From Podarcis bocagei (taxonomy: Eukaryota): 64,000 bases of DNA. The position numbers and the translations under genes are program-made. The stretch lies in the NCBI GenBank assembly GCA_964188305.1, contig OZ076887.1. One strand, given 5' to 3'. Of the stretch, positions 27,111-40,010 are shown piece after piece. Below the pieces are notes generated by a model. The model was not told the DNA's origin. It worked only from the letters and a program-made list of their open reading frames with translations, and did no database searches. Position 1 is the first letter of the stretch, and the number at the start of each line of letters is the position of its first letter.

Positions 27111-28060
27111 CATGTAAATAAAAAAGTGAAATTCTCAGTCTGCTGAATTTTGCACCTGATGAAAATAATTGTCCTGTTTCTGTGTGTGCATGGAATTGGA
27201 GAGTATGCTGAGCCTTCTTGGAAAGCCTCTCCCCACCCCCACAAGTCTATTCACAGGCACCGTGCTGCGTTCCTGTATTGTTGGACTTGGAGAAGTGTAG
27301 ATCTAGTTATTGCTCTGTGGCCCTGGAACAGAATAGCTATGCTATTGTGAGATTGTTTGTTCTGTGCTAGTTGAGGCCCGAAGAAAACACTGTAGTAAGG
27401 AAAGGGGCCAACAAGCTTGTTGGGGCAGGGCCAATCCTAGGGCATCTCAAAGACTTGTTTCAGCAGCTCTCTTGCCCAGCACAGGCCCTCCTGGCTTCCT
27501 GTTACACTAACTTTGTTTATGGCTCTGACTTAGGGTGTGGAGTTTTTGTACACATAATGTAACCCCAACTCCAAGGTTGGGTGTCATTGATAGAGGAAAG
27601 TAGCTGGGAGGGCCAGGTAAGACTTCAGCAATGCAACCCCACCAGATTGTGTGAGAGCTTGAGTGGAAATAGCAGGCCAGAATCCTATTCTCCGACCTGT
27701 TGTTCTATCCCTCTGTTCATAGTTCCCTGACCTTGTGGGCATCCGGTTGTATATATGCCATACCTGTACATTTTAGGCTCATTTTGCTCTGAGAGCTAGG
27801 CATGGGAGAGATGATCTGTGGTAAAGAAGGTGAGGGACATTCTCTTAAGAGGGCCAGCAAATAGTTGGTACAGATTTCAAAAGCATTCCCCCCCACAATA
27901 CATCTTACAATTCCTTTCAGAAATAGAGGACAGTGTAGTCTGTTTCATGGGAATCTGCTGCCCACCTTCATTTTGACTCCTGAGCCTTTTATGAATCAGT
28001 GCCTGAACTCTTGTTTTCTGATGGATCAGTGCAGCAGCAAATAGTTGTAAAATCAAAATA

Positions 28061-28263
28061 CAGTTGTACCTCGGTTCTCGAACGGAATCCGTTCTGGAAG
28101 TCCATTCGACTTCCAAAACGTTCGGAAACCAAGGCGCGGTTTCCGATTGGCTGCAGGAAGCTCCAAAGATAGTTCACAAACCAGAACACTCACTTCTGGG
28201 TTTGCGGCATTCGGGAGCCAAAGCGTTCGAGAACTAAGCTGTTTGAAAACTAAGGTACGACTG
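28061..28263. mobile_element. Tc1/mariner MITE
   Basis: CAGTTGTACC...GGTACGACTG termini with TA TSD; same family as 36724-36968. Confidence 0.75.
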
Positions 28264-31152
28264 TACTCAGTATTACCCTTTGGTGTACATGGGAAAATAT
28301 GCTCTACCAGAATGTTTTGTTGACAGTTTTGAGCTTTATTTAGGTATTTGCAGCTATTCCCCCCACCCCCATCTGACCTGTGATCCTACAGATTGGGCAT
28401 ATTTCGGGTGGGGACTGACATAAGTGTTTATTCCTTGAGCTGGAAAAGAGAGGAGGAGCTGAGCTCCATAGTAAACCGTCTTTGTTTTCCTCACTTTTTA
28501 GGTTGTTGGGTTGAGTGCCTTCTTCATGAGGCTTCAAATCTGAATCCAGGCTGGTAAGTTCTTCAGCACATCTCTTATAGGCTTAGCTGTGGGGATTGCC
28601 TCATACTTAGGCATTGCACTGCTCCACATTTGACCTTCCTTTAGTGAGAGTCGGCCAAAGAGGCCTTACCCAATCCCCTTTATGAACGAGATGTACATAA
28701 GAAGTCATCATATATCTGGTCACTACTTACCCATCTAGTCCAGTTTAGCCTATTTGTTGAGGCCCCCCAGGGAGTCTCACTCGTGTCATCTGCTCTCTGG
28801 TCCTTTTACCTGGAGATGATTCAGCCTGGGGCCTTCTGCATTCAAAACCATAGCTACTACTGAGCTAGGGTTCTCCCTACAATGAGAAATGTAGAGCGCT
28901 GAGGAAGCCCTTCTCAAGACTGACCCCAGATAAATAGAATATTACTTCCAGTAGGTCTCTTAAATAGCCAGCCTTCTTGTTGTTGTTTTTAGAAAACCGT
29001 AAGTCATTTCTGTTTAAACTGGTTTTCAAGAATATACTAGGACATGTTTAATTTGCAACGACTTATCTTTGCTCATTTTTGTGCTTGCTGTTATGATTTA
29101 ATTAATGGATAGTTTTTACAACCTCCTTTGATTAGCAGAGTAGCATGTTTTAATTCAGCGGGTTCAATACTGGGGAGGAGGTAGCAAAAGGCACGCACTT
29201 TCACCCATGAGTCATCAGGTTACTAGAGGCCTCACAGAAGCTTTGACTGCTGCTGTCTGGAAGACGTGGTGCCTGCAAAACATTGTCATTGGTATTGTAG
29301 CTGCCCTGCATTTACCTCCAGCTGTACAGATATGTTTTGACTTGTGTGTAATGGAATGCTGGAGGGAACCATGGGAGTAATGGGACAGTTCCAGGCAGTT
29401 TAAGCACAAAGGTCCTGTGCCTTCTTTACCCAAATTGTTATTGACTTGATAAGAACCCAGTGGCTCTACAGAGCAAAATGCCACAGAGAACCTGTGCTTG
29501 TTTCTTTGTCTTCGTTTACCTCTTGCTCTGCTCTAAGCAGGCATTACAATAGGCTGACTCTTGAGGGCTGCAAAACCTATGATGTTGGGGTTTTTTTATT
29601 GCACATTGGCTGAAGGAAATGCATTCCTTGTAGAGGAGGAAATGGACAAGAAACCGCTTGCTTGAAATGAAGGTGCCTTCAGCAAAGCATTCCCTGAAAT
29701 GTCATACTCTGGCCGTGTCTGTGCTTCCTGGTCCTTTAGCAGGTCTGACCTTTTCTGCCCTGACTGACCTTTGCTGTGAGCATGTGCTTCTCGTCACTTT
29801 CCTGCAGTGCCAAGCCTGTTGTTTGCCCTTGATATATGTCAGTAGTAGAAGTACTTGATGCTGTTACATCATTCTAGCGTAGTACTTAGAAACGGAAGCA
29901 AGCCAAGAGCTGTGCCGAATCCAGCACAGGCAAGTTCTGCGTGCAGTCCTTGTCTGTAGAGGAGTATCATCTGTTGAGGGCGTTCTAGTTGATGAGATTT
30001 CACAGAGCAACATTCCCTGTATCCTTTTAGCTACCTCGGGAAATGCTGTTTGTGGGCCACATGGTTTGTGAACTTTGCAGGGGTTGTGAGGACTGAAAGG
30101 CCCGAGGAAAGCTGTTTGATTCCAGCTCCCTTGTATATCATAGAAGGATTTCATGGCTGAGCTTCTGTCAAGCCTGGCTGCCTGATTTCTGGAAGGGTTT
30201 TGGACACTTGCATTTGTTGACAAGTTTATAGTCTTGGCCGGCAGCAGCATGATCACTGCCTTTGGCTAATTTTTTACCTACACAGCAGAAGGCAGAGGCC
30301 TCTTGTCTGTGCTTTCAGGAACATTTGCATCAGTCCTGATCCCCCCCCCCATCCCCATTATAAATTGCCTGCTGCCTCTGGCGAATGCTGTCCTGGAACC
30401 TGACACAGGTAGGTGCTGTTCATGGCTCATAGCTTTTACAGAATGTAGGCCTGAGTTGTTAAGCCCTGATGCATCAGCATAGCTCAGCAGCTTTCAGCAG
30501 GGTTCCTTCTGTCCTAGAAGTGCCTCCAAGCTTTGCCCTTAGAGAGAGTGGCAGCGAAAGTGTCTCTCTCTGCCGTTTTATCCCTGACACACTTGGGAGT
30601 AATTTGGCTTTAACTAATACAAGCACATAATTCCTCCAGCCTGTCGGCATGCTTAATGCCTGCCGTTCTCTCCCATGTAGTCCCTCTTGGCAGCGACAGC
30701 ACAAGATCAATAGCTCCTGCCTGGCCTGTCATTCCCGCCTGCAAGGTTTTCAGTTTCCATATCGGAAACGGCCTTTCCTAAAGAGCCCAATCAATATGCC
30801 GCTCTGAGGCCTGTTCTCGTTTGCTATATATAATCTGGACACACACTGTATGTTAGTGTGTGTATGTGCATAACACACAGAGAGAGAGGATGAGCCAATC
30901 CTCTGCTCTTGCTGGCTGGGAGGACGCAGCTGTGCTTTTTCTTCTTCCCTCCTTTTTTACTACAGCTGCTTTCCAAGGCTCTGGCCTGCCTCTTTCCTCG
31001 GTTCTCTGGATGTTGGGCTGCTGTGGGACACAGGATATCTGACTGCCTTGTGGGAACGTATCTGGGCTGAATGGGGCATATGTGACTCTCTCTCTCCTCT
31101 GCAATTTCTGCTCTCGGCAGGTGACCTTTTGTGCAAGTCAAGCGAGGGGACA

Positions 31153-31278
31153 ATGACGAGCACTGCACCTTCCAAGAAGCCTTACCGCAAGGCTCCTCCG
31201 CAGCACCGCGAGATCCGGCACGAGCTGCCCATCCTGCGTGACGACCAAGATGGTGTGATTTTGGCGGAGCAGAGTCAG
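31153..31278 (+). CDS. TJAP1: TJAP1 (tight junction-associated protein 1/Pilt) coding exon 1, short form
   Basis: Acceptor at 31120; MTSTAPSKKPYRKAPPQHRE matches the TJAP1 N-terminus; CAG|GTAACT phase-0 donor. Confidence 0.9.
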
Positions 31279-32610
31279 GTAACTGAAAGCCGGGCAGCTA
31301 AGGGCCTGGTCCCACTTCGTCAGCCGAAGGGGTTTAGTTACCCCAAGGCAGGCCAGCCCAAACAGCAGGTGGATGGGTATGAGGTTTGCAACGTTAACTT
31401 TTCTTCCTGGTCTCTGGAGTCGAGCAGCGACAAGGAGCTAGCAGGGTGCCGAGCAGAGCTGAACCTGAAGAGCCGGACTCTGTCGCCTGTGCTGCTTCAC
31501 AGCGGGAAAACGGGAAGGCGGAGTGTGAGGCACTGTCGGCACCCGAGCCGCGGGCGGCTCAGTAAGTTCATGAGTCGAAGCGTAGAGACGGTAGTGGTTT
31601 CTGGGGACGAAGGCCGGAGGCCGACTTGCTCCTTCAAGAGTAGAAGCCTGGAGCGCTCCCTCATGTTCAAAGAGCCTGCTGAGATCTTAGCACCTAGGAA
31701 GTTCCATGTCCCATCGACCCACCTGCCCCTCAAGGGCATCTTGAAGCAGACAGACATGCTGGAAGTGCGGCCTGAGAGCCTGCGCAAATCTCGCTCGGTG
31801 GAGACCCTGGCCCGTGGCCGCCGCTCACGGAAGTACAGCGACCCTCAGCTGTGCCTGAGCAGGCAGGACAAGCGCGGCTCTGAGCACAACAGCGGGAGCT
31901 GCTCCGACTCTGTCAGGCGGAAGGAGAAGATCACAGAGGAGAAGCTCCAGTTCTCCAAGTTCCTGGACGAGATCACCCACCGGGTGCTGAGCCCTGTCCA
32001 CTTGCACTCCTTGGGGGAGGGCAGAGCAGGAGAAGGGAGCCAGGACTCCCCCACTTCTCCCAGGTGCTCCACACCAGAAGGGCAGAAGGAGAGCCAGCCT
32101 GAAGGCACCAGGAGGACCGCTGAGAAAAGCCCTCGGCTCACTAGGAGGAAAGCAGAGCGGAGGCGCGAGGGTCTCGATGTGGCACCTTGCCGTAAGAAGC
32201 TGCCAGAGGAGATGGAGAGGGCTTCCAGGCTAAGGAGGAAGCCCGTCTTGGTGAGGGCGGACAGCAAGGAGAAGTTCCTCTCCATGGAGAAGCGGGTGGT
32301 GGATCTGTGTCAGTATCAGCTGCAGCACCTGGCAGAGCTGGGCTTGGCAAGGGTGTCTTCTGAGCAGCAGCATCTGCCTCCGTGGAAGACGCTGGGTCAG
32401 GAGGGAGGGAGGGACGAAGGGCAAGACCAGAGTGAATACCCACCGCGGCTCGTGTGGCTACAGCCCCTGGGCTGCAGAACTAGCCCGAGGCCAGTGCTGG
32501 AGCCGAGCTACTCGGGAAAAGGGTCCTTCTCCCCTCCCTCACGTTGGAGCCAGGAGGAGGGCAGTGCCTCACCCAGAGCCTCCCCTTCCTTCAGCTTAGC
32601 GCTAAACAAG
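31279..32610 (+). CDS. TJAP1: In-frame alternative extension of TJAP1 coding exon 1 (444 aa)
   Basis: Stop-free continuation to a second phase-0 donor AAG|GTAGGT at 32611; exon-like GC3-rich codons. Confidence 0.65.
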
Positions 32611-34288
32611 GTAGGTGAGTGAGGGACAGATGTTTGTCTGCCAAGTTTTGTCTGTCGTAGCTTAGAGCAGATCTCCTTAAGTCTCTGTGAGGTTTGACCA
32701 AAGGGGTTTTATGCCCAAATATTATCCACCCAACATGTTTCTTATCAGCTCATTCCCTGCTTGTGTTGATCCTTAAAATCGGAAACTGAGCCCACATGCT
32801 TGAATACTAAATACGTCATGCTTTCTGAGTAGCCCATTGATTTTCCTTCCTTCCTTTTGGCATCCAGGTTGCCCTGGGTTTGCTTCTTTGGAGATGCTTA
32901 CCTGTCGAGTGCCAGTATATGTGTTTGTGGCAGCTTACCTGTTTTGCTAAACTGCCCGGTAAATTCCTCAGGCACCTTTGTATGAGGCACAGTTCTTGAG
33001 AAAAACTGCCACTCACTCCCATCCATCACGGAAAGAGGTTCTTAAGCTGAGTGTACCCTAATGAAAAGGCGTTTTGTCTTTGCCCAGATATCTCTCCTGC
33101 CCTCTTATATCAGGCATTGCATGCTGGGAGATTGCCAGTTGCCCCATACTGTGTAATCTGATAGGGCAAATCTTGCTACAGTCAGTATGTTCAGGACCAC
33201 TGTCTTAGGCTGGCATGATTGGGCACCTGCCAAGGCCCTTTGCCCTAGCAAGGGGCCCATCATTGAAAGCCCCCTGGAGCTAGAGATGCAGTGAGCAAGC
33301 AAAAAGTAGCAGAGACACGGACAAACTGGTAGATAAGCAGGTGGTAGCAACAAAAATAAAAAGAATGGAATCAGGCAGTTGCAGTTTGCTGAGGGTGTTT
33401 TGCTCAAGGGTCCTCCCCAAAATCTGAACTCAGCAGTATTTGTCAGTATTGTTTAGGTATATTAAGTCGGTATGGTGTAGTGTTTGATTAGGTCTGGGAA
33501 GACCAGAGTTCAAATTCCTACAGAGGCACTAAGCTCACAGAATGACCTTCGACTGCTAACACTCTCTAGGCCTAACCTACCTCAAAGGCCTTTTTCTGAG
33601 GAGAAATTGGGGGGTGGGGAGAGGCCCTGCATGCTCCCCTGAGCTCCTTGGAGGAATAGCTGGTTGGGAGGGGGCCAGGAAATGTAAGAAATAATTAAAA
33701 ACAAAACAATGGCATGTAACTTGAAGTGTCTTCCTATACGATGGGGATTGTTTTAAGATTGTTGGTAGCGGTCTCATTTGTGTGGTGCTTTACCTACATG
33801 TATGGTGGCCTGAGCAGTATAGAGTACAGTATACAGTGTTTGCTGGCCAGTGGGTATCCTAAATGCAGTGTGGATGCTCATGGGCAGTAAAAGAGAACCA
33901 AAAAAGTGGCTGGGAGTATCTCCCTTGGTCTGTTCATTAACGAAGGATCATATTCACCACAGAGCAGGTCTTCGGTTTTCATAGTGAACACTGTAATGCT
34001 GTCAATTTAAAGCTGTCTAGTGACTGAGATAATTTAGGCTGGTATAGTGCAGGATTGAATCTTAACCGCCCTGAGATCTCTGGGTATAGGGTGGTATATA
34101 AATTCAATAAATAAAAAATAAATAAAATTAATCCCATCTGGGTGTGGTTGGACCAGAGCTCTTTGTATGAGAATTAGAGGGTGCTGTGGGTTATATCCAT
34201 CTGGCACTTGTATGCTTCAGTTTGCCACGCTGAAAACTTGCCCATATTTTTCAGTGAGATTCTTGCTTCTGTTTCCTTTTTTGCACAG

Positions 34289-34317
34289 GAGCCTTTGACG
34301 GATGCAGAAAGGATGAG
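34289..34317 (+). CDS. TJAP1: TJAP1 coding exon (EPLTDAERMR, 29 nt)
   Basis: CAG acceptor, AG|GTAAGT donor, matches TJAP1 EPLTDAERM. Confidence 0.9.
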
Positions 34318-36000
34318 GTAAGTATCCTCGTCGCTTTCGTTATGCAAATCTTTATTTTCCAGGCTACTACGTTTATGCTCATTCTCTGAACTTATGTGAT
34401 GGCTTTCCTTGCCTTTAAGGCTCTACACCAGGGCTGGGGCCTTTTGGGTTGGATGGGCCAGATCTTCATCTTCCCCCACCCTGATGGGCCAAGCTTGGTA
34501 GGTGGGTGGGACCACCTACCTGCCAATCATCTGGTGTCATCGTGACACCAGGTGATTGATAGGTGGTGGTCCTGCCCACCTGTTAAAGCTGGGGTGGGGG
34601 AGATACTGCCCAAGTGGGATTAAACGCATATCAGCTAAAAATTAAACCTGCATTCTGCAGCCATGTTTCTACCTGCCCTACCTGCCATCACACATTATGT
34701 CAAGCGTGGAGAAGGTGGGTTTGGTTTTGGGACCAGAAGTTGTCACCTGGCAGGTCAGGTTTACCCTGGCCTTTGGCATCTGAGATACTCCTATTATTGG
34801 CACCTATTATTGTGACTGAAATTTGTTTTAATGGTTTTTAATACTAAATTTCAAATTTTTGTAACCTGCCCTGGTAATAAATTTGATGATGATGATAATT
34901 TGCAGGCCAGAGGTTCTCTGCTCTGTGCCCATCAGGAAGCGTTATCTCACAACCTTGATGGTGCAGTGGCTGAAAGGACGGTCCCGGAACGGATATAGCT
35001 GCCTCAGGCATAGATGCCAAAGCTAGTATAGGTGGAGACCCAGCTGTACAAGCACAAACAAAGGGTCCAAACTCTACATTAGGTTTTCAACTTGCTGTTC
35101 CAGCAGGAAGAGTGGATAGGCAATCATTCCTTCCAGCAGCAGGCATCTATTTTAATTTCTTGAAAACACGTTTTAAGAGCTATTATTTGAATGTGATCTG
35201 CTGTGCTTGGGATATGTCCTTTGTGCAGTCTCTCTCACTATGAAAGTTGGATGTGTACAAATATCTGCAGGAGGCAGCAATTTTTTGGATTGCTCTTAAA
35301 TCAGTGAAGAAGAAACCCAATACAGTAGTAGCAGAACTGTTGGGAGACTTTGTGCATGCAAGCAGGTGTATGGCTGGGACAGCAGAAGACTTCTGTGCCA
35401 GTGAGCCGTTACGCAAACATAGGCTGTATCTTCCTCCATGGACTGATTCCACTCACTTGCTTGGAAACTGGGTCACTTTTCCTCTGTGAGGGTGGAGATG
35501 GGCCAATGTCAACTAACCCGCCTCCCTGCATCCTTGCTAGATGTTTCATGGCAGCACGTAAATTATTGAGTGAGTCTCATCTTCCAGTGGAGGACACCTA
35601 AACTGCACAGCCCCATCTGGCTACTGTGTTTAGTACAGATACTGTAAACTGAGACGCTGCTGGCATGGATGAGTGGCGGGCTACTGAGAATAAGGCTCTC
35701 TGTCTCTGCTCTGGTGGCAATATGATCAACTGACGTGACCTTTTCTTATCTACAGCAGATTCCCGTATGTGCTCAGGCCTCTGCTCAAAGCGACTCGCTA
35801 CTCATAAACAGAATTTAGTGGCGCAAGATCCAGAAAAGGCTTTACTAGAACAGCTTTGCTATTCCTAACCACCAGAATGCACCTTATTACCCATCTTTCC
35901 CAATCTCTGCTGATCCTCTTCTTCCTGGTGTGCAGATATGCCTTCAGAGTCCTCCTCCTGGAACTCGAAGGCACTGGCAGGAATCCAGTAGAGCTTAGGG

Positions 36001-36136
36001 CAGGCATAGGCAACCTTCGTCCCTCCAGATGTTTTGGACTACAATTCCAATCATCCCTGACCACTGGTCCTGTTAGCTAGGGATCGTGGGAGTTGTAGGC
36101 CAAAACATCTGGAGGGCCGAAGGTTGCCTATGTCTG
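36001..36136. mobile_element. Palindromic hAT-type MITE
   Basis: Long internal inverted repeat, TIR CAGGCATAGG, 8-bp TSD GCTTAGGG/GCTTGGGG. Confidence 0.8.
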
Positions 36137-36366
36137 GCTTGGGGGATACCTGAAAACCTCTGTAATAAAATGTACTGTAATTCCTTGTTGAACATGAAAA
36201 TTTAAGAGTGAATAAACTGTTTTTTTTGCTCATTCATGCATTTGAAGTTGCACTGGGTCTAGTGCTGAGCATGCCTCAGCACTATGAAATGGAGGTTTGC
36301 AAATGGGGATTTTAAATTATTATTATGTTGGAAACCTGGGCTTTATTTCCTCTCTTGTGGTGAATG

Positions 36367-36526
36367 CAGTGGCGTAGCGTGGGTTGTCAGCACCCGGGGC
36401 AAGGCAAGTAATTTGCGCCCCCTAACCCGTGGATTTGCACCCCCTAACCCATGGATTAGCACACCCTAGCCCTAACCCTCAGATGTTGCGGCCGGCCCCC
36501 CCTGCACCCCCCACGCTACGCCACTG
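36367..36526. mobile_element. hAT-type MITE with CCCTAA motifs
   Basis: TIRs CAGTGGCGTAGCGTGGG / CCCACGCTACGCCACTG; perfect 8-bp TSD GGTGAATG. Confidence 0.85.
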
Positions 36527-36723
36527 GGTGAATGGTTGCTGGGGGCAGGGAAGATCTGTAAACTCATCCCGAGATTTTTTCACAACACAGTCATTTTCTC
36601 TAGATGTCTTTTCATGTCCTGTGTGCCGCTTTGCACCTGAACAGAGAAGGGGAGGGGTTGGCAGAACTGCCGGAGTGCGTCTTGCTGCAGCTCTCTTTCA
36701 GAAGTGAGGCTGTAAGTGTTGTA

Positions 36724-36968
36724 CAGTCGTACCATGGAATGGAATTCGTTCCGGAAGTCCGTTCAACTTCCAAAACATTCAGAAACCAAAGCGCAGTTTC
36801 TGATTGGCTGCAGGAAGCTCCTGCAGCCAATCAGAAGCCGCGGAAACCCCGTCAGACACTCGGGTTCCAAAAGAATGTTTGAAAACCGGAACACTCACTT
36901 CCGGGTTTTGATCATTTGGCAGCCAATTTGTTTGGGAACCAAGGTATTCGACTTCCTAGGTATGACTG
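36724..36968. mobile_element. Tc1/mariner MITE
   Basis: CAGTCGTACC...GGTATGACTG termini, TA TSD. Confidence 0.75.
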
Positions 36969-37028
36969 TATGGAAGACTGCAGCACTTGTAGTTTTTATT
37001 CAGGATGTTGTTGCTTTGTTTGCATTAG

Positions 37029-37190
37029 GTTGTTGCAGCATGAGAATGAGGAGCTGCGTCGGCGTCTGGCTTATGTCACCAACAAAATGGAGGCAATGGA
37101 AAGGGAGTTGGAGTCTGGGCAAGACTATCTGGAGATGGAGCTGGGCCAGAATCGTGAGGAGCTGGAAAAATTCAAGGACAAGTTCCGTAG
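37029..37190 (+). CDS. TJAP1: TJAP1 coding exon (coiled coil LLQHENEELRRRL...KFKDKFR)
   Basis: TAG acceptor, AG|GTATGT donor, phases consistent with neighbouring exons. Confidence 0.92.
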
Positions 37191-38466
37191 GTATGTCAGC
37201 TTTAAGAAGCTCTGGGGTGCTGTAAGAGAAGGGAACCAGCTGGATAGAAGGACACATTGCTTCCTAACAATCTGAGATGTACGTCCTTGCTATTTGCAGA
37301 TTTTTGGGGGAAGCAATAAATGTGTCATTGCACAATATATTTTGTCCCCTCCCTCCCCGCTGACAGTCGTATGAATCATTCCGTGCACGGGAAATGGTTT
37401 AGTGTTAAGTGGGTCCATGGGATGGGGGCCATGAGTGGGGTGGAAACATTATTTTAAAAGCCAAAATTCGTCCGTCAGCATTTTTCATGCTATGACTTGC
37501 TGGCTTAGTGTTCCCTGGGACTGATATGTTAATATGTTTATGACTACCACATGGCACAATCTGAGAGGTGAAACAGGTATGATGAAGAAGATTAGGCCTT
37601 GCCTCATCTTTGCTAAAAACTAAAAGCAGCTGAGTATCTCAAAGGGATTTTCCTTCACCCTGCCTCAAGGGAAGGGTTCTGCATTTAATCATCGTAGGGT
37701 AGAGGGAAGGCAGGCACAATTGTCAGAAGATGCGTTCATTAATCCTCCCCCATGGTATCATTTTTAGCTGCAGCATTTTGTTCCAGTGAGCAAAACTACT
37801 AGCATTTGTTGAAGCATTGAGGTGATGACCTATAGATGGAAGTTTGGAGGATTCTTCCCCTGTCCCCAGCAACCTTGGAGGTTTACCAGATGGAACTGGA
37901 CCTGAGACTTAGGTTCATACCATGTTCAGCTCCTGATTTCTTGAGTGCAGAGAGCATAGACAAGTTGACTGTCCTCAGCTTAGAAATAAGGATAATGGTG
38001 ACAAGTTCATTATGAAGAGGGATGCAGTAATTATTGTAAAGGTCTTCATAGATAGAAAAGAAGATGGGAAATGGAGAAAGGGCGATGGGATTGACACTTG
38101 TTGGCAAAGCTTTCCCTCCCATTAGATAAAACTAGGTTTAGGAGTCTTCTTTGAATCTTCTGATTCCTTTAGCATCCTTTCTGCAAGGCTGAGACCAAGA
38201 CCAGTTTTGGTCCTCTGCAAGTTGGTCAGGCTTGTTTTTTCTTCCATCTCTTCTATCCATGAACATATCATTCCTCCCTCAACTTAAACTTCTTGGGCTT
38301 GCTACAAGGAAAGGTCAACTGCTCATCTATGGACTGGAAGGTGTGAAACTATGGCTTGGAGCCATGGCACACGGCTTCTTGAAATATCTCCACCTTACCT
38401 AACTTCTGAATTGCAGGGTGTCTGGTGTCACTTTAGTAACCTGAATGATCTTGTGTCTGTCTATAG

Positions 38467-38533
38467 GTTGCAGAACAGTTACACAGCCTCACAGAGAACC
38501 AATCAGGATTTGGAGGAGAAGCTGCACACCCTG
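38467..38533 (+). CDS. TJAP1: TJAP1 coding exon (LQNSYTASQRTNQDLEEKLHTL)
   Basis: Canonical splice sites, TJAP1/BEGAIN-family sequence. Confidence 0.92.
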
Positions 38534-38990
38534 GTAATTGACCTGCTGAGTCTATAAGAGGGAAGAGCGGGTGGGCCACACTCTTGTCTAATGGCTTGAC
38601 TCTGATTGCAGTGTAGTAACACCAGGATGTAAGTCAGGATTTGAGGCAGAATCTCAGCATGAAGTTGCCCAGAGGGAGCTTTGCATTCTAGATCGTCTAT
38701 GTTGCCTGCACCAGAGTTTGGGTTCTTCTGCAATGTAGCTACTTGTAGTATTTGTCTCACATCAGCTTTTTAAAAACCCAGAGTGCTGGAAATTTGATGT
38801 GCTGCTTTTTGTAGGATCCGGGTGGGGAAAACTCATCATGGGGTTGTGGGAGTGGAGCCAACATTTGTGTATTGTGTGCATTCATAACACTCATGGCTGT
38901 TTCTTTTCTTTCCTTTTTCTCTCTCTGTCTCTCTCCTTTTCTTTCCAATGCTGCTGCTGCTGGCAAATGCTGGGTGCACTCACCTCTCAG

Positions 38991-39020
38991 GCCTCGCTCA
39001 GTCAAAGCTGGATTTTTGCA
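38991..39020 (+). CDS. TJAP1: TJAP1 30-nt alternative microexon (ASLSQSWIFA)
   Basis: CTCAG acceptor, weak GTTGCG donor, phase 0-0; resembles mammalian ASLSHSWIFA. Confidence 0.75.
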
Positions 39021-39844
39021 GTTGCGTCTTTTCGTTTGTGTGTTGTTGTTTTTCTATCTCCTCTGCACATGCCTCAGCCTGTCCAGTTTCATTGTTGGTC
39101 GCACATTATTCAGCCCTACTTCTGTCCTAGATGGGGTCCCAGCAGTTTGGGTTTTGCAGGGGAAAGATTATCCTTGGGAATCCGACCAGTTCTGACCCGC
39201 ATGTTCTAGCATGGGCTGCTCCTTCTTACTTTCAGTTATTGTCTAGCTTGGGAAAGAAATGTCCTCTGCTTAGAGAAACCTGGAACTCATGAGACCCTCT
39301 CTAGAGTAGTGCTCCTCTCTAGTCATCTGGATGCAGCTCCAGTGATTAGTATGTTGGCCACCAGCTTGTATTATAAGGCACTTGGGATCTCTGTGGATTG
39401 TGAACAAATTCCTGCAGAACTTCATACAATTTTAAAAAAGACGTGCCCTATTAACATTTAAGCCACTGAAATTGGATGTGGTAGTTCAGCCATCTCTGCC
39501 CTGTGGCATTCCCCTATTCATCTCTGTTGAATTTCAGAGAAGCAGAAAAACTCTTCCCTGGCATCCTGAATATGTCTCTTTAATTATAGCTCTTAGGGAC
39601 CAAGTTATCAAGTCCCACAGAGGTGTGCACACTCAGGGCCATTCATGTCAGTACAAATTCAATCTGCATCCTAGATCATTTTTATAGGCTACCTGCATCC
39701 TGCTGAGGTCATCCGCGCCCTCTATTTTTCTTGTAGAAAGGCAAGTGTGGAGGAAGTTCGGCTGTTATCTGAGCCTAGTGAAATTTGCTGCTGAGGCAGG
39801 TGTTTGGTGGGATGGCCTTAGGACTCTTCTGTGTGACCCCCATC

Positions 39845-40010
39845 ACATAGCATAGCATAGCATAGCATAGCATAGCAGAATCATAGCACTGTGGAGTTGG
39901 AAGGGACCCTGAGGACCATCTAGTCCAACCCCCTGCAATGCAGGAATATGCAGCTGCCCCGTACAGGGATTGAACCTGCAACCTTGGTGTTATCAGCACC
40001 ATGGTCTAAC
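39845..40010 (-). mobile_element. tRNA-derived SINE with CR1-type tail plus (GCATA)n microsatellite
   Basis: B box GGTTCAATCC and CR1-like GTTGGACTAGATG...ATGATTC on - strand. Confidence 0.65.

Noticed and set aside
31048-31152. N-terminal extension of the 524-aa ORF
   Set aside because: Starts at a non-ATG codon and crosses the splice acceptor at 31120; the true start is ATG 31153
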